Sequence record: DRR723986_8398
Direction: 5' to 3' (one strand)
DNA length: 39,696 nucleotides
The first letter of the stretch is position 1. Every line of letters begins with the position of its first letter. Positions 9,229 to 19,182 of this stretch are shown one piece after another. The notes under the pieces are model-generated. The model worked only from the letters and a program-made list of their open reading frames with translations, was not told where the DNA came from and did no database searches. A program made the position numbers and the translations under genes.

Positions 9229-10569
9229 TTGTCCTGGGACAACAAAGTGCTTTGGACCGAGGGGCTGTTTCTGCAACCCCATCATTTCCAGCAGGCTGAT
9301 CGATACACTGAATCGCTGATTGCAGGTATCGCGCGTCGAACTCTGCCGTACTCATGGGGCTTTTCGTCTCTTGAGATTGACGAAGAGGCGTTAAAGGTTG
9401 GCAAGTTCAGCCTCAAAAACTGTTCTGGCCTGACGCAGGACGGCACCGTGTTTCGGGTGCCGCAAGCCGAGGATCATCCGCCATCGCTTGAGGTGCCGGA
9501 AAACATCAAGGATTGCATTGTTCTGTTGACAATCCCGCAGCGTCGCCAAGGCGCAAGCGAGGTCGATATGACCGATGGCGGCCATTCGGCCAGCCGGTTG
9601 CTGCCCTCCGAGATCGAGGTCACGGATGCCGCAGGCGCGGGACAAAAACCGGTAACGATTGGTGTGGGCAAGCTGCGCCTGAAATTTGCGTTGGCGGTGG
9701 ATGATCTGTCGGACATGCTGGCGATCCCGATTGCGCGGATTATCGAGGTGCGCCCGGACAAAGAGATCTTGCTGGACCGCTCGTTTATTCCCAGTTGTCT
9801 GGACGTCCGCGCGGCCCCCGCATTGGCTGGCTTTATCAGCGAACTCGAAGGGTTGCTGTCGCACCGGATGCAGGCCCTTGCCGGGCGCCTGTCTGAAAGC
9901 GGCCCCGCGCGCGGCACGGCGGATATCTCCGATTTTCTGCTTTTGATGACGGTAAACAGGGCGCTGCCGGTGTTTCGACATTTTGCCAACATTGAAAACC
10001 TGCATCCAGAGGCCGCCTATCGCGCCTGTGTGTCTTTGGCCGGGGAACTGGCTGCCTTTATGAGCGACAACAAAGAAGCGCCGCTGTTTCCGGCCTATCA
10101 ACACGATGATTTGCGCGGCACCTTCAACCCGGTGTTCCGCGCCCTGCGGCAATACCTGAGTGCGGTTCTGGAACAAACGGCGGTGTCCATCGCGTTGGAA
10201 GAGCGAAAATACGGCATCAGCGTTGGTATCATTGCCGACCGCAAATTGCTGTCCAACGCCGGTTTTGTGCTTGCGGTCAAAGCGGACGTTCCCGCCGAAG
10301 ACATCCGACGGCATTTTGCCGGACAATCCAAAATCGGGCCGGTTGAGGAAATCCGCCAATTGGTCAATTCGGCGCTTCCGGGGATCACCCTGCGCCCCTT
10401 GCCGATTGCGCCCCGTCAGGTCGCCTATCACGCGGGTACGGTCTATTTCGAGTTGGATGCGGAAAGCCTCTATTGGGGCAAGATGACCACCTCGGGCGGG
10501 ATCGCAGTGCATGTATCGGGGCAATACCCCGGCCTTGAGATGGAACTTTGGGCGATACGAAACAGCTAG
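9229..10569 (+). CDS. tssK: T6SS baseplate subunit TssK (ImpJ/VasE)
   Basis: TTG start after GGGAGG. N-terminal KVLWTEGLFLQPHHFQQ; C-terminal LPGITLRPLPIAPRQ and MELWAIR. Confidence 0.96.
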   Translation: MSWDNKVLWTEGLFLQPHHFQQADRYTESLIAGIARRTLPYSWGFSSLEIDEEALKVGKFSLKNCSGLTQDGTVFRVPQAEDHPPSLEVPENIKDCIVLLTIPQRRQGASEVDMTDGGHSASRLLPSEIEVTDAAGAGQKPVTIGVGKLRLKFALAVDDLSDMLAIPIARIIEVRPDKEILLDRSFIPSCLDVRAAPALAGFISELEGLLSHRMQALAGRLSESGPARGTADISDFLLLMTVNRALPVFRHFANIENLHPEAAYRACVSLAGELAAFMSDNKEAPLFPAYQHDDLRGTFNPVFRALRQYLSAVLEQTAVSIALEERKYGISVGIIADRKLLSNAGFVLAVKADVPAEDIRRHFAGQSKIGPVEEIRQLVNSALPGITLRPLPIAPRQVAYHAGTVYFELDAESLYWGKMTTSGGIAVHVSGQYPGLEMELWAIRNS

Positions 10570-10584
10570 GAGAGGTCTGCCGCG

Positions 10585-12009
10585 ATGTCTGATGACGACC
10601 CGTTCGCCGAACCTGGCGATACCGACAAGACGGTGATTAAGCCCAACCCCGGCGGGCGCCGTTCGGCAGCGCATTCCCAACCCGTCACGCCGCCGCCCGC
10701 ACCGATGTCGCAAGATCAGGCAGCGCCGCAAGGAAATGCGCCAGAGGCCTTTGGCGTGCCCACCCCGCAAGGAGGCCAGCGTGGCGCCCCTGAGGCCCGC
10801 AAATCCCAAAACGAGCCCGAGCTTGTCCTGACAGGCATGAACACCCTCAATGCCTGCGCCGCACCGCTTTTTGCCTTGGTCAGCCGGATCCAGAACCAGG
10901 CCCAACATATGGACGCGGAAAAGCTGCGACAGTCGGTTGTGTCGGAGGTCCGCGCCTTTGAGAACCGCGCCTTGCAGGCCGGTATTGCCGCGCAATCGGT
11001 GAAGGCTGCACGCTATGCGCTTTGTGCCACGATAGATGACATAGTGCTAAACACGCCTTGGGGCGGACAATCCAACTGGGGCCTTCAATCCATGGTCGGC
11101 ACCTTCCACCGCGAGACCGTTGGCGGTGATCGGTTTTACGATCTGCTGGCGCGGTTGCAAAAAGATGCTGGCAACAATCTCGAATTGCTGGAATTTCTCT
11201 ATATGTGTCTTTCGCTTGGCTTTGAGGGGCGGTTGCGGATTGAACAGGGCGGGCCGGAAAAACACCAACGCATCCGGCTTGGTCTGGCGCAGTTGATCCG
11301 GGCGCAACGCGGGGATTTTGAACGCGACCTGTCACCGCAATGGAAGGGCGTTGATAAACCCCACCGGGTCATGTCGGCATGGAAACCGGTGTGGATCGCT
11401 TTGGCCGTTACAGGGATCTTGTTAATCGCCGAATTTGCCGGTCTGAGTTACGTTCTGTCCAACCGGACCGAGAATTTGATCGGGCAATTGTCGGTGATTG
11501 ATGCCGGTCCCGTGGCCGAGCTTGAGCGACGCGCGCCACCGCCGCCTCCGGTCCCGACCAAAGATATCCAGATCGAAAAGGTCGTGTCTTTTCTGGAGCC
11601 GGAGATCAACGAAGGTTTGGTCAAAGTCTTTAGCAAGGGCAACACATTGGTCATTCGGATTGCTGGGTCTGGCATGTTTGGCTCCGGCTCTGACCGGCTG
11701 GTTGACGCCTTTCAAAAGCCAATTGCGCGTGTGGCTGAGGCGCTGCGCGATGAGCCGGGCAAGATCATTATTGTGGGGCATTCGGACAATGTGCCGATCC
11801 GCTCCTCCCGGTTTCCGTCAAACATGCATTTGTCGCTTGCGCGGGCCAAATCAGTGATGAAGTCCATGGCCGCAACGGTTCAGAAGTCCGACCGCCTTAG
11901 CGCCGAAGGCCGCGCGGATGCCGAACCCATCGCCGACAACGGCACACGGGAAGGGCGGGCCACCAACCGCCGCATCGAAGTGATCCTCGTGCAGGAGAAA
12001 GACGCATGA
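10585..12009 (+). CDS. tssL: T6SS membrane complex TssL (DotU/ImpK) with C-terminal OmpA/MotB peptidoglycan-binding domain
   Basis: ARYALCATIDD, GGDRFY and CLSLGFEGR motifs; one TM helix; GHSDNVP...NMHLSLARA...NRRIEV OmpA-like domain. Confidence 0.96.
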   Translation: MSDDDPFAEPGDTDKTVIKPNPGGRRSAAHSQPVTPPPAPMSQDQAAPQGNAPEAFGVPTPQGGQRGAPEARKSQNEPELVLTGMNTLNACAAPLFALVSRIQNQAQHMDAEKLRQSVVSEVRAFENRALQAGIAAQSVKAARYALCATIDDIVLNTPWGGQSNWGLQSMVGTFHRETVGGDRFYDLLARLQKDAGNNLELLEFLYMCLSLGFEGRLRIEQGGPEKHQRIRLGLAQLIRAQRGDFERDLSPQWKGVDKPHRVMSAWKPVWIALAVTGILLIAEFAGLSYVLSNRTENLIGQLSVIDAGPVAELERRAPPPPPVPTKDIQIEKVVSFLEPEINEGLVKVFSKGNTLVIRIAGSGMFGSGSDRLVDAFQKPIARVAEALRDEPGKIIIVGHSDNVPIRSSRFPSNMHLSLARAKSVMKSMAATVQKSDRLSAEGRADAEPIADNGTREGRATNRRIEVILVQEKDA

Positions 12010-15000
12010 AGTTTCTCCGCTTTTTCCAATCCATCCACTTTGTTCTGGCGTTCTTTGCCCTCGTTCTGTCGCTGTGCATCTGGTATTTTGGTCCGCTGTT
12101 TGGCGGCGATGAAAACAGGCCACTTGGGTCTGTTTTGGTCCGTCTGATTGTTGTTGCCGCTGTTTTGCTGGTCTTTGGGGGGGTCTCCCTTGGGATTTTT
12201 CTAAAGCGGCGCAGCCAAGAAACAGCGATGGTCGAGGAGATCGCCGAAAGCACCGATACGGGCGATGATGTTGTCGGCGATGAAATATCGGAGCTGCGGA
12301 CCAAGCTGAAAACCGCGATGGCGGATTTGCGCAAATCCAAGAACGGGCGGGCGCACCTGAACGAACTGCCGTGGTACATCATGATCGGCCCGCCCGGCGC
12401 GGGCAAAACAACGGCGATTGTCAATTCCGGCATGCAATTCCCCTTGGCCGATAAGATGGGAAAGGCCGCGATTGGGGGCGTTGGCGGGACGCGCAATTGT
12501 GACTGGTGGTTTGCCAATGACGCGGTTCTGATTGATACGGCGGGCCGTTACACCACGCAGGAAAGCGACGCCAAGGCCGACAATGCTGCGTGGCTTGGGT
12601 TCTTGGGGCTGCTCAAGAAATACCGCAAACGCCAGCCGATCAATGGCGCAATCATTGCCATCAGCCTGAGCGATCTGGCCTTGCAGGATGAGATCACCCA
12701 AAAAGGCCATGCCAATGCGGTGCGTAAACGTCTGGTCGAATTGCGCGAAACCCTTGCGGCGCGGTTTCCGGTTTATGTGTTGTTTACCAAGGCCGATCTG
12801 ATTGCAGGGTTCATGGAATTCCATGACAGTCTGGGCAAGGAAGACCGTGAACAGGTCTGGGGTTTCACCTTTGAGCTGGACACAGCCAAGGGCGATGCGT
12901 CGCCCGTGGCGGGATTTGACGAACAATTTGCTGCCCTTCTGGAGCGGCTCAATTCGCAGTCTCTTGAGAAAATGCAAGCCGAAACAGACCCGCAGCGCCG
13001 GTCGCTGATTGCCGGTTTCCCAAGTCAGGTGGCATCCATGCGCGGGGTTGCCCGCACGTTCCTGAACGAAGTTTTCCAAGAGAACCGCTATCAACAGCGG
13101 CAAATGCTGCGCGGGGCATATTTTACCTCTGGCACGCAAGAAGGCACGCCCATTGACCGTCTGATGCTGAGCATGGCCCGGACGTTTGGCATTGGCCGGC
13201 AGGCGATTGGCAGCGGGCAGGGCGCGGGGCGGTCCTATTTTCTGACACGCTTGTTCGAACAGGTGATCTTCCCCGAGGCGGGTTTGGTGTCTGCCGATGC
13301 CAAGGTTGAACGCCGCTACAAGATCACCAAATGGGCCGCCATTGCCGCGACCGTGCTGGTCGCGCTTGGCGTTGGGGCGCTGTTGGTGCGGTCCTTTCAG
13401 GGTAACAGTGCGCTGATTGCAGAGGCCAATGACAATGTCGCAAGTTATAGCGTTGTGGCCGCGGCCCTACCCAGCAGTCCGATTGGCGATACCGATCTGG
13501 TGCCGGTGGTTGAGGCGCTGAATGTGCTGCAAATGCTGCCCGACAACCCTACTGTTGGGGCGCCCAAGCCAGAGCGCAAACTGACCTATGGTCTTTATCA
13601 AGGTGAGGTCATCGGATCGCAGGCGGCGCAGACGTATCGCCGCGCCTTGAATCAGCGGTTTTTGCCCCGGCTCTTGCTGCGTCTGGAAGAACAGATCAGT
13701 GGCAATATGAACAACCCTGATCTGCTTTATGAGGCGCTGAAGATCTATCTGATGCTGGGCCTGCAAGGGCCGATGAACCAGGACCTTGTCCGTGAATGGA
13801 TGGTCCTGGATTGGTCGCTTGCCTATCCCGGCCCGTCGCGTGATGCCTTCCGCGCCGACCTTGAGGCGCATCTTGAGGCGCTATTGAACCAGCCGATGCA
13901 AGAGATTGCGCTGAACGGGCCATTGGTCGAACAGGTGCAGGGTTTGCTGTCTGAAATGCCTTTGGCGCAGCGGGTCTATAACGGCATCATCAACAGCCCT
14001 GCCGCGACCGAACTGCCGAAATGGCGGATCACGGATGTGAGTGGGCCAGCGGTGTCTCGGGTGTTTGTGCGGTCCTCCGGCAAGGCGCTCAACGAAGGGA
14101 TCGAGGGGATATTTACTCATGCCGGGTTCAACCGCGTTTTCCTGGATGAGGCTTTGGGCGTGGCGGCGCGCATTCAGCGCGAAAGCTGGGTTTTGGGTCC
14201 GCGCGGCGAGGCCGAGCAAACCGAGCAGGCGTTAACTGCGCTCAGCCGGGATGTGCTGGACCTCTACTACAACGATTACATCTCGCGCTATGACGCCATT
14301 TTGGGGGATGTGGACATCATCCCGCTGGAATCGCTCAGCCATGCTGTTGAAGTTACCAATGTCTTGTCTGGCCCAACCTCACCGATTGTGAACCTGCTCG
14401 AAGCGATTGCGGAAGAGACCAAGCTGGCCTCAGAAACCAGCGCATCCGGCGGCTCTGGTGCGGTGGCGGATCTTGGGCAAGCCGCCGATAATGAGGTCAA
14501 GCGGTCGGTCAGCTATCGGACGCGTATCCTGCTTGAGGCCTTGTCCAAATCCGCAGCTGCAACCGGCGCCCCGCCACCCAAGGCGCCGGGCAGCTATGTG
14601 GAAGAGCGGTTTGAATGGCTGCACCGGCTGACCGAAGCACCCGAGCCGGGGCTTCCTTCGCAGCTGGGCGAGTTGATGGTTTTGCTGACGGAGCTGTATC
14701 AAGAGCTCAACAAGATGAGCTTTTCCGGCTCGTCCGCGGATGGCGAAGGGGGCATTGCGATCAAACGGTTTCTCGATGCGGCCGCCCGCGCGGACGGGCC
14801 ACTGGAACGCTGGGCAACACAGATTGCCTCAGGGTCATCCGGGATCACATCGGACAGCACCCGTTCGGGTATCAATGCGCGCTGGCAGTCCAGCATCCTG
14901 CCGTTCTGCCAACAGGCGCTGACCGACCGCTATCCGTTTAATCAAAGGGCGCGGGCTGATGTGGCCATTGCCGATTTTCAAAAACTGTTTGGCCCAAGCG

Positions 15001-15566
15001 GTCTGATTGACAGTTTCGTCAATGAAAACCTGCTCAAGTTCATCGACACGCGCACCCGGCCCTGGTCGTGGAAACGTGTGAATGATGTGGATTTGGGGAT
15101 CAGTCCTGCGGTCCTCAAACAGCTGCAATATGCCGCCGAGATCCGCGAGGCGTTCTTTGCTGGAGGCGCAACGCCAACGATCCAGTTCCAGATCATGCCC
15201 CAAGCGCTTGATCCCAAGGCCAAGTCTGTGGCACTTGAAATTCACGGCAGTCAGGTAAACTTTTCTCACGGAGATCGGGCGCCAACGCCGGTGTCGGTGG
15301 AATGGCCGGGCGGGGTTGGGCTGGCGCGGGTGGTGTTTGACCCGCAGCCCCGCAACATCGAAAGCGTGCTGCAACGCGATGGCCCTTGGGCATGGTTCCG
15401 GCTCTTGAATGCAGCAGCGGTTCGGCGCACCAATGTATCTGATCGCAAGCGGGTGATCTTTACGGTGGGCGGGCGCATCGCGATCTTCCAGCTTCAGTCC
15501 GGCTCGGTGATCAATCCATTTGCCTTGCCTGCCTTGTCGAAATTCAGCTGCCCAAAGACATTTTGA
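12006..15566 (+). CDS. tssM: T6SS membrane complex TssM (IcmF/ImpL)
   Basis: Two N-terminal TMs, LPWYIMIGPPGAGKTT Walker A, CDWWF, DTAGRY, third TM near aa 445, C-terminal GPWAWFRLL. ATGA overlap with tssL. Confidence 0.97.
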   Translation: MKFLRFFQSIHFVLAFFALVLSLCIWYFGPLFGGDENRPLGSVLVRLIVVAAVLLVFGGVSLGIFLKRRSQETAMVEEIAESTDTGDDVVGDEISELRTKLKTAMADLRKSKNGRAHLNELPWYIMIGPPGAGKTTAIVNSGMQFPLADKMGKAAIGGVGGTRNCDWWFANDAVLIDTAGRYTTQESDAKADNAAWLGFLGLLKKYRKRQPINGAIIAISLSDLALQDEITQKGHANAVRKRLVELRETLAARFPVYVLFTKADLIAGFMEFHDSLGKEDREQVWGFTFELDTAKGDASPVAGFDEQFAALLERLNSQSLEKMQAETDPQRRSLIAGFPSQVASMRGVARTFLNEVFQENRYQQRQMLRGAYFTSGTQEGTPIDRLMLSMARTFGIGRQAIGSGQGAGRSYFLTRLFEQVIFPEAGLVSADAKVERRYKITKWAAIAATVLVALGVGALLVRSFQGNSALIAEANDNVASYSVVAAALPSSPIGDTDLVPVVEALNVLQMLPDNPTVGAPKPERKLTYGLYQGEVIGSQAAQTYRRALNQRFLPRLLLRLEEQISGNMNNPDLLYEALKIYLMLGLQGPMNQDLVREWMVLDWSLAYPGPSRDAFRADLEAHLEALLNQPMQEIALNGPLVEQVQGLLSEMPLAQRVYNGIINSPAATELPKWRITDVSGPAVSRVFVRSSGKALNEGIEGIFTHAGFNRVFLDEALGVAARIQRESWVLGPRGEAEQTEQALTALSRDVLDLYYNDYISRYDAILGDVDIIPLESLSHAVEVTNVLSGPTSPIVNLLEAIAEETKLASETSASGGSGAVADLGQAADNEVKRSVSYRTRILLEALSKSAAATGAPPPKAPGSYVEERFEWLHRLTEAPEPGLPSQLGELMVLLTELYQELNKMSFSGSSADGEGGIAIKRFLDAAARADGPLERWATQIASGSSGITSDSTRSGINARWQSSILPFCQQALTDRYPFNQRARADVAIADFQKLFGPSGLIDSFVNENLLKFIDTRTRPWSWKRVNDVDLGISPAVLKQLQYAAEIREAFFAGGATPTIQFQIMPQALDPKAKSVALEIHGSQVNFSHGDRAPTPVSVEWPGGVGLARVVFDPQPRNIESVLQRDGPWAWFRLLNAAAVRRTNVSDRKRVIFTVGGRIAIFQLQSGSVINPFALPALSKFSCPKTF

Positions 15567-16249
15567 TGGGGGCGGCTGGGTTTGGTGCGTATGGCAAAAT
15601 TCCCAGCATCGGGGATTTCTTTCGACTGGATCCGCCCCCCGGCTTTGTCTCCGTTTGGGACACTTGGCTGCAGCGCTGTTTGGTGTCGGGCACGCATACC
15701 TATGGCGGGCAGTGGGATGCCCTCTACATGTCGGTGCCGATCTGGCGGTTTTGCCTGTCACCGGGGCTCGCCGGGGCGGGCAAGATCATCGGCGTTTTGA
15801 TGCCATCTGTGGATCGGGTCGGGCGGCGGTTTCCGCTGACACTGATGGCATCGCTGCCCTCGGATGGGGCTCTTTTGGCGGACCATTTTTCCAATGCGGA
15901 TTTGTTTGCCAAACTCGAAGAAATTGCGCTGGCCGCACTCGATGATGAAACGGGCCGTGATGGTCTGGCCGCAGCCTTGGACGGGCTGGCTGCCCCGCGG
16001 GCAGGAACGGGTGCGCAGGTGTCGCAAGGCGCGGACCGGATGACCCTTAAGCAAACAGGAGCAGAGCCTGATCTTTTGGCAGCATTGGCCGGACGGTCCA
16101 TGCCCGCGCATCTCAGGGCGCCGAGTGTTTGGAGCGCACAGATAGAGGGCGATCAACGGTTGCTGGTTTGCGAAGGCCTGCCAGAAGGGCCCAACATGCA
16201 AGCTTTGTTTGATTTTGATGCAGCCGTCTGGGCAGAGGAGGCGACATGA
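15566..16249 (+). CDS. tagF: T6SS post-translational repressor TagF (ImpM)
   Basis: Motifs GAYGKIPSIGDF, WDTWL, WRF and PSVDRVGRRFPL. Start overlaps the tssM stop. Confidence 0.93.
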   Translation: MGAAGFGAYGKIPSIGDFFRLDPPPGFVSVWDTWLQRCLVSGTHTYGGQWDALYMSVPIWRFCLSPGLAGAGKIIGVLMPSVDRVGRRFPLTLMASLPSDGALLADHFSNADLFAKLEEIALAALDDETGRDGLAAALDGLAAPRAGTGAQVSQGADRMTLKQTGAEPDLLAALAGRSMPAHLRAPSVWSAQIEGDQRLLVCEGLPEGPNMQALFDFDAAVWAEEAT

Positions 16250-16968
16250 GCGGTGTCACACAGGTGCGTTATAATGCACGGACCCATGTCGGGCTCAAAC
16301 GGGCGGTCAATGAGGATTCCTTGCTGGCGCTGCCAGAGCAGAAAATCTGGGTGGTGTCCGACGGTATGGGCGGCCATGCAGCAGGTGATTATGCAAGCCA
16401 GTTGATCACCGGTCTCATTGCCACGATTGACCCTGATCTGCCTGCCGCCGAAACAATGCATGCGCTGCGCGGAGCGATCCAAACTGCCCATGGCGTGATC
16501 CTAAAAGAAGCGCTGGCGCGGCAGGTCGAAGTGATCGGCGCGACCGTGGCCTGTCTGGTTCTGGCCAATTCGCATTTTGTAGGGATCTGGGCCGGGGACA
16601 GCCGCATCTACCGGTTCCGCGATGGTGAGATCCAGATGTTGACGGCTGACCATTCCATCGTCGCCACGTTGGTTCAGTCAGGACAAATGACCTGGGACGA
16701 AGCCGAACAGCATCCTCAGTCCAATGCGATCACCCGCGCGGTTGGGGTGGGCGAGGAGTTGGAACTGGACAAGGTGCGCGGTGAATTGCAGCCGGGTGAT
16801 CGGTTCTTGCTGTGCTCTGACGGGCTGACCAAATATGCGACCTTTGCGATGCTCGAACGGGTACTTGCGCAATCGCCGCTTGAGACGATCACCGACCGAT
16901 TGATCCAGATCGCATTGGATGGTGGCGGCGCGGACAATATCACCGTGATTGTCGTGGATGTTGATTGA
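16246..16968 (+). CDS. pppA: PP2C-family Ser/Thr phosphatase PppA
   Basis: Motifs THVGLKRAVNED, VSDGMGGH, GDSRIY, LLCSDGL and DNIT. ATGA overlap with tagF. Confidence 0.92.
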   Translation: MSGVTQVRYNARTHVGLKRAVNEDSLLALPEQKIWVVSDGMGGHAAGDYASQLITGLIATIDPDLPAAETMHALRGAIQTAHGVILKEALARQVEVIGATVACLVLANSHFVGIWAGDSRIYRFRDGEIQMLTADHSIVATLVQSGQMTWDEAEQHPQSNAITRAVGVGEELELDKVRGELQPGDRFLLCSDGLTKYATFAMLERVLAQSPLETITDRLIQIALDGGGADNITVIVVDVD

Positions 16969-16970
16969 CC

Positions 16971-19148
16971 CTAGCGCGTCGCGGTGGTCAGGATCTTGCT
17001 GTCGAGCGAATAAATCTCGGTTTGGCTGACGCCCTCTTGGGCCAGCAATGCCTCTGAATAACTGAGGGCGGACTCGCTGGTGGGGCGCATTTCTTCGAAC
17101 AAGGGTGCGCTGGAATGGATCACGATAATCTTGGATTTTCCTACAGTTGTGTCGTCCACCCGAAAGGCGATTTCGCCGTTCTCTCGTGGGCTGTTCACCG
17201 CATGGGCCACCCGAATGGTCTGCGGTCCCGCTTCACCATTGCGCAGGTCCTCTACTGCGTTGTTGGTGCGACTGATGTTGGGCAATAGGTGAAAGACATT
17301 GCCGGATACATCCAGGACCGAAACCGAAAGATAGCCAGTGGTGATTTCCGCCGGCAATTGCACATCAATCACCGGGTTTTCGCCAACGATGAAATCACCG
17401 GTCAGGTTCGGGGCGTTGCCGTTGTCACCTTGATAAAAGGCCACGTCGATTGCGCTGGTCGGGGCTTTGGGCAGGATGCTTTCCATCAGGCACAAGGTTG
17501 GGTTCAGCAGATCAACTGAGATGTTCACTTGCCGGTCGCCCACCACATCGCCAAGCGCGGCACTGAGCGCATCACGGCTTTGCTGGCTGGCCATTGTGCC
17601 GCCCACGACGATCTCACTGCCCAGCCCATAACCCACCGCAGGCGGGTTGATCAGGGACAGTGGCCCACAATCGGCCCGCGCCTTGAGGATCGGGGTCAGC
17701 CGCTCTGCTGGTAGAACAATCTCGTTCAGGCGGAAGGCCGCATCCGTTTGCAGCGCCCCAATTGTTCCTGTTTCAAACAGCGTTTGCAGTTGGTCATAGC
17801 TGGCTTTGTCCGTTGTTTCGCCCTCGATTTCCACATCGTTGCCCGAGATAGAAATTCGCCAAACCTCCAGATCATCCACCGCGTCCAGAATGGTCAGGAT
17901 ATCCGTGCCCCAGCTTTCCGCAATTGCGCCGCCGGCGAGGGTCAGATCGGTGGTGCCATTGGCAGCGCGTATCCGCTCGCGAATATCGTCGGCCACCACA
18001 TCCGATGGCACAAATCCAACGGCGCGAGGCAGGGCGTCTTTGGCGCGGGCCATGGACAGCCGGTAAGGGTCTGCGACGGGCAGGGTCGGGGCAGAGGAAA
18101 ATATACCGGAGAGGAACAAACCTATCACTGCGGCCACCACTGCCAACCCGCCAATCACCGGCAACAGGATGCGGGATTTCTGCGCTTCTTGTTTAGATTT
18201 GGCGGGTGCGGCTGACTTGGCCTTGGCGGGGGGCGGTACCTCGGGTTGTTTCTTTGGCAGGGGTGCGATGATTGTTGCATCTGACAAATCATCGGCTTCA
18301 GCCGGAGCCGCATCGGCGCCCGTGGCATCCAAAGCCGCCAAAACCTCTGCCGCAGTTTGAAAGCGGTTGTCAGGCACCGGATCGGTCATCTTGTCGAGCA
18401 GGGATTTCAACGGCTCCGGCACGCCGTCGGTATCAAGCGCCAAGGCCTTGTTCTTGACCACTTCCATCGGGTTGTTGCCGATGTCAGGGGATTTGCCCCG
18501 GAAATTGGCCAAAAGCAGCGCACCCAAGGAATAGATATCCGTCCGCTCGTCCGTTTTGCCCGCCATCTGTTCGGGCGCGGCATAGGCGTATTTGCCAGCA
18601 AATTCGTTTCCGACAATGGTTTCCGCGCCGGGGTTGGTGTCTTTGGCAATTCCAAAGTCAATGATCACCGCCTGTGCCGGATCACCGCCGCGCAGGATGA
18701 TGTTGTCGGGTGACAGGTCGCGGTGGCAAATGTTATGCGCATGGGCGGCCTGCAACCCTTGGGCCACGCGCCGGCAAATGACCAGCAGATCCTCCGCCGC
18801 CATCGGCCCTTCCTTGAGCTTTTTGTCGAGACCCGGACCATCGACATAGTCAATCAGCAGATAGACATGGCCGTCTGGTGTGCGGTTGTTATCGGCATAG
18901 CGCACCACCGCGTCATGGCGGATCTCGCGCATGGCTTCTTCGCGGGTGAGCAACAGCAGATAGTCATCGTTGTTGGCAAATTCGGTCTTGAGAACCTTCA
19001 GCGCAACCAGGCGTCCAGAAATTTCCGATCTGGCGCGATAGACATCAGATGTCCCGCCCCGGCCCAGAATGGCCTCGATCCGGTAGGTGTTGTTGACCAG
19101 ATCGCCAATCTGGAACAGATCGCTGGGAAGGGACTTTGTCATGGTCAT
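16971..19148 (-). CDS. ppkA: Membrane-anchored Hanks-type Ser/Thr kinase PpkA with long periplasmic region (C-terminal DUF4384-like domain by recollection)
   Basis: GRGGTSDV, VALK, HRDLSPDN, DFG and APEQ motifs; Ala/Pro/Lys linker; TM helix (ILLPVIGGLAVVAAVIGLFLSGIF); about 370 aa periplasmic part. Convergent with pppA. Start is 19148 or 19142. Confidence 0.88.
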   Translation of the reverse strand: MTMTKSLPSDLFQIGDLVNNTYRIEAILGRGGTSDVYRARSEISGRLVALKVLKTEFANNDDYLLLLTREEAMREIRHDAVVRYADNNRTPDGHVYLLIDYVDGPGLDKKLKEGPMAAEDLLVICRRVAQGLQAAHAHNICHRDLSPDNIILRGGDPAQAVIIDFGIAKDTNPGAETIVGNEFAGKYAYAAPEQMAGKTDERTDIYSLGALLLANFRGKSPDIGNNPMEVVKNKALALDTDGVPEPLKSLLDKMTDPVPDNRFQTAAEVLAALDATGADAAPAEADDLSDATIIAPLPKKQPEVPPPAKAKSAAPAKSKQEAQKSRILLPVIGGLAVVAAVIGLFLSGIFSSAPTLPVADPYRLSMARAKDALPRAVGFVPSDVVADDIRERIRAANGTTDLTLAGGAIAESWGTDILTILDAVDDLEVWRISISGNDVEIEGETTDKASYDQLQTLFETGTIGALQTDAAFRLNEIVLPAERLTPILKARADCGPLSLINPPAVGYGLGSEIVVGGTMASQQSRDALSAALGDVVGDRQVNISVDLLNPTLCLMESILPKAPTSAIDVAFYQGDNGNAPNLTGDFIVGENPVIDVQLPAEITTGYLSVSVLDVSGNVFHLLPNISRTNNAVEDLRNGEAGPQTIRVAHAVNSPRENGEIAFRVDDTTVGKSKIIVIHSSAPLFEEMRPTSESALSYSEALLAQEGVSQTEIYSLDSKILTTATR

Positions 19149-19182
19149 GGTGCTGTTGCTGCCGCAGGGACGGCGAGGCCCA

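Noticed and set aside
9391-10995. 534-aa antisense ORF over tssK-tssL (and similar ones at 6130-7146, 8137-9285, 12201-13139, 24178-25197)
   Set aside because: They overlap well-supported genes on the other strand, have atypical Arg/Gln/His-rich composition and no recognisable domains.
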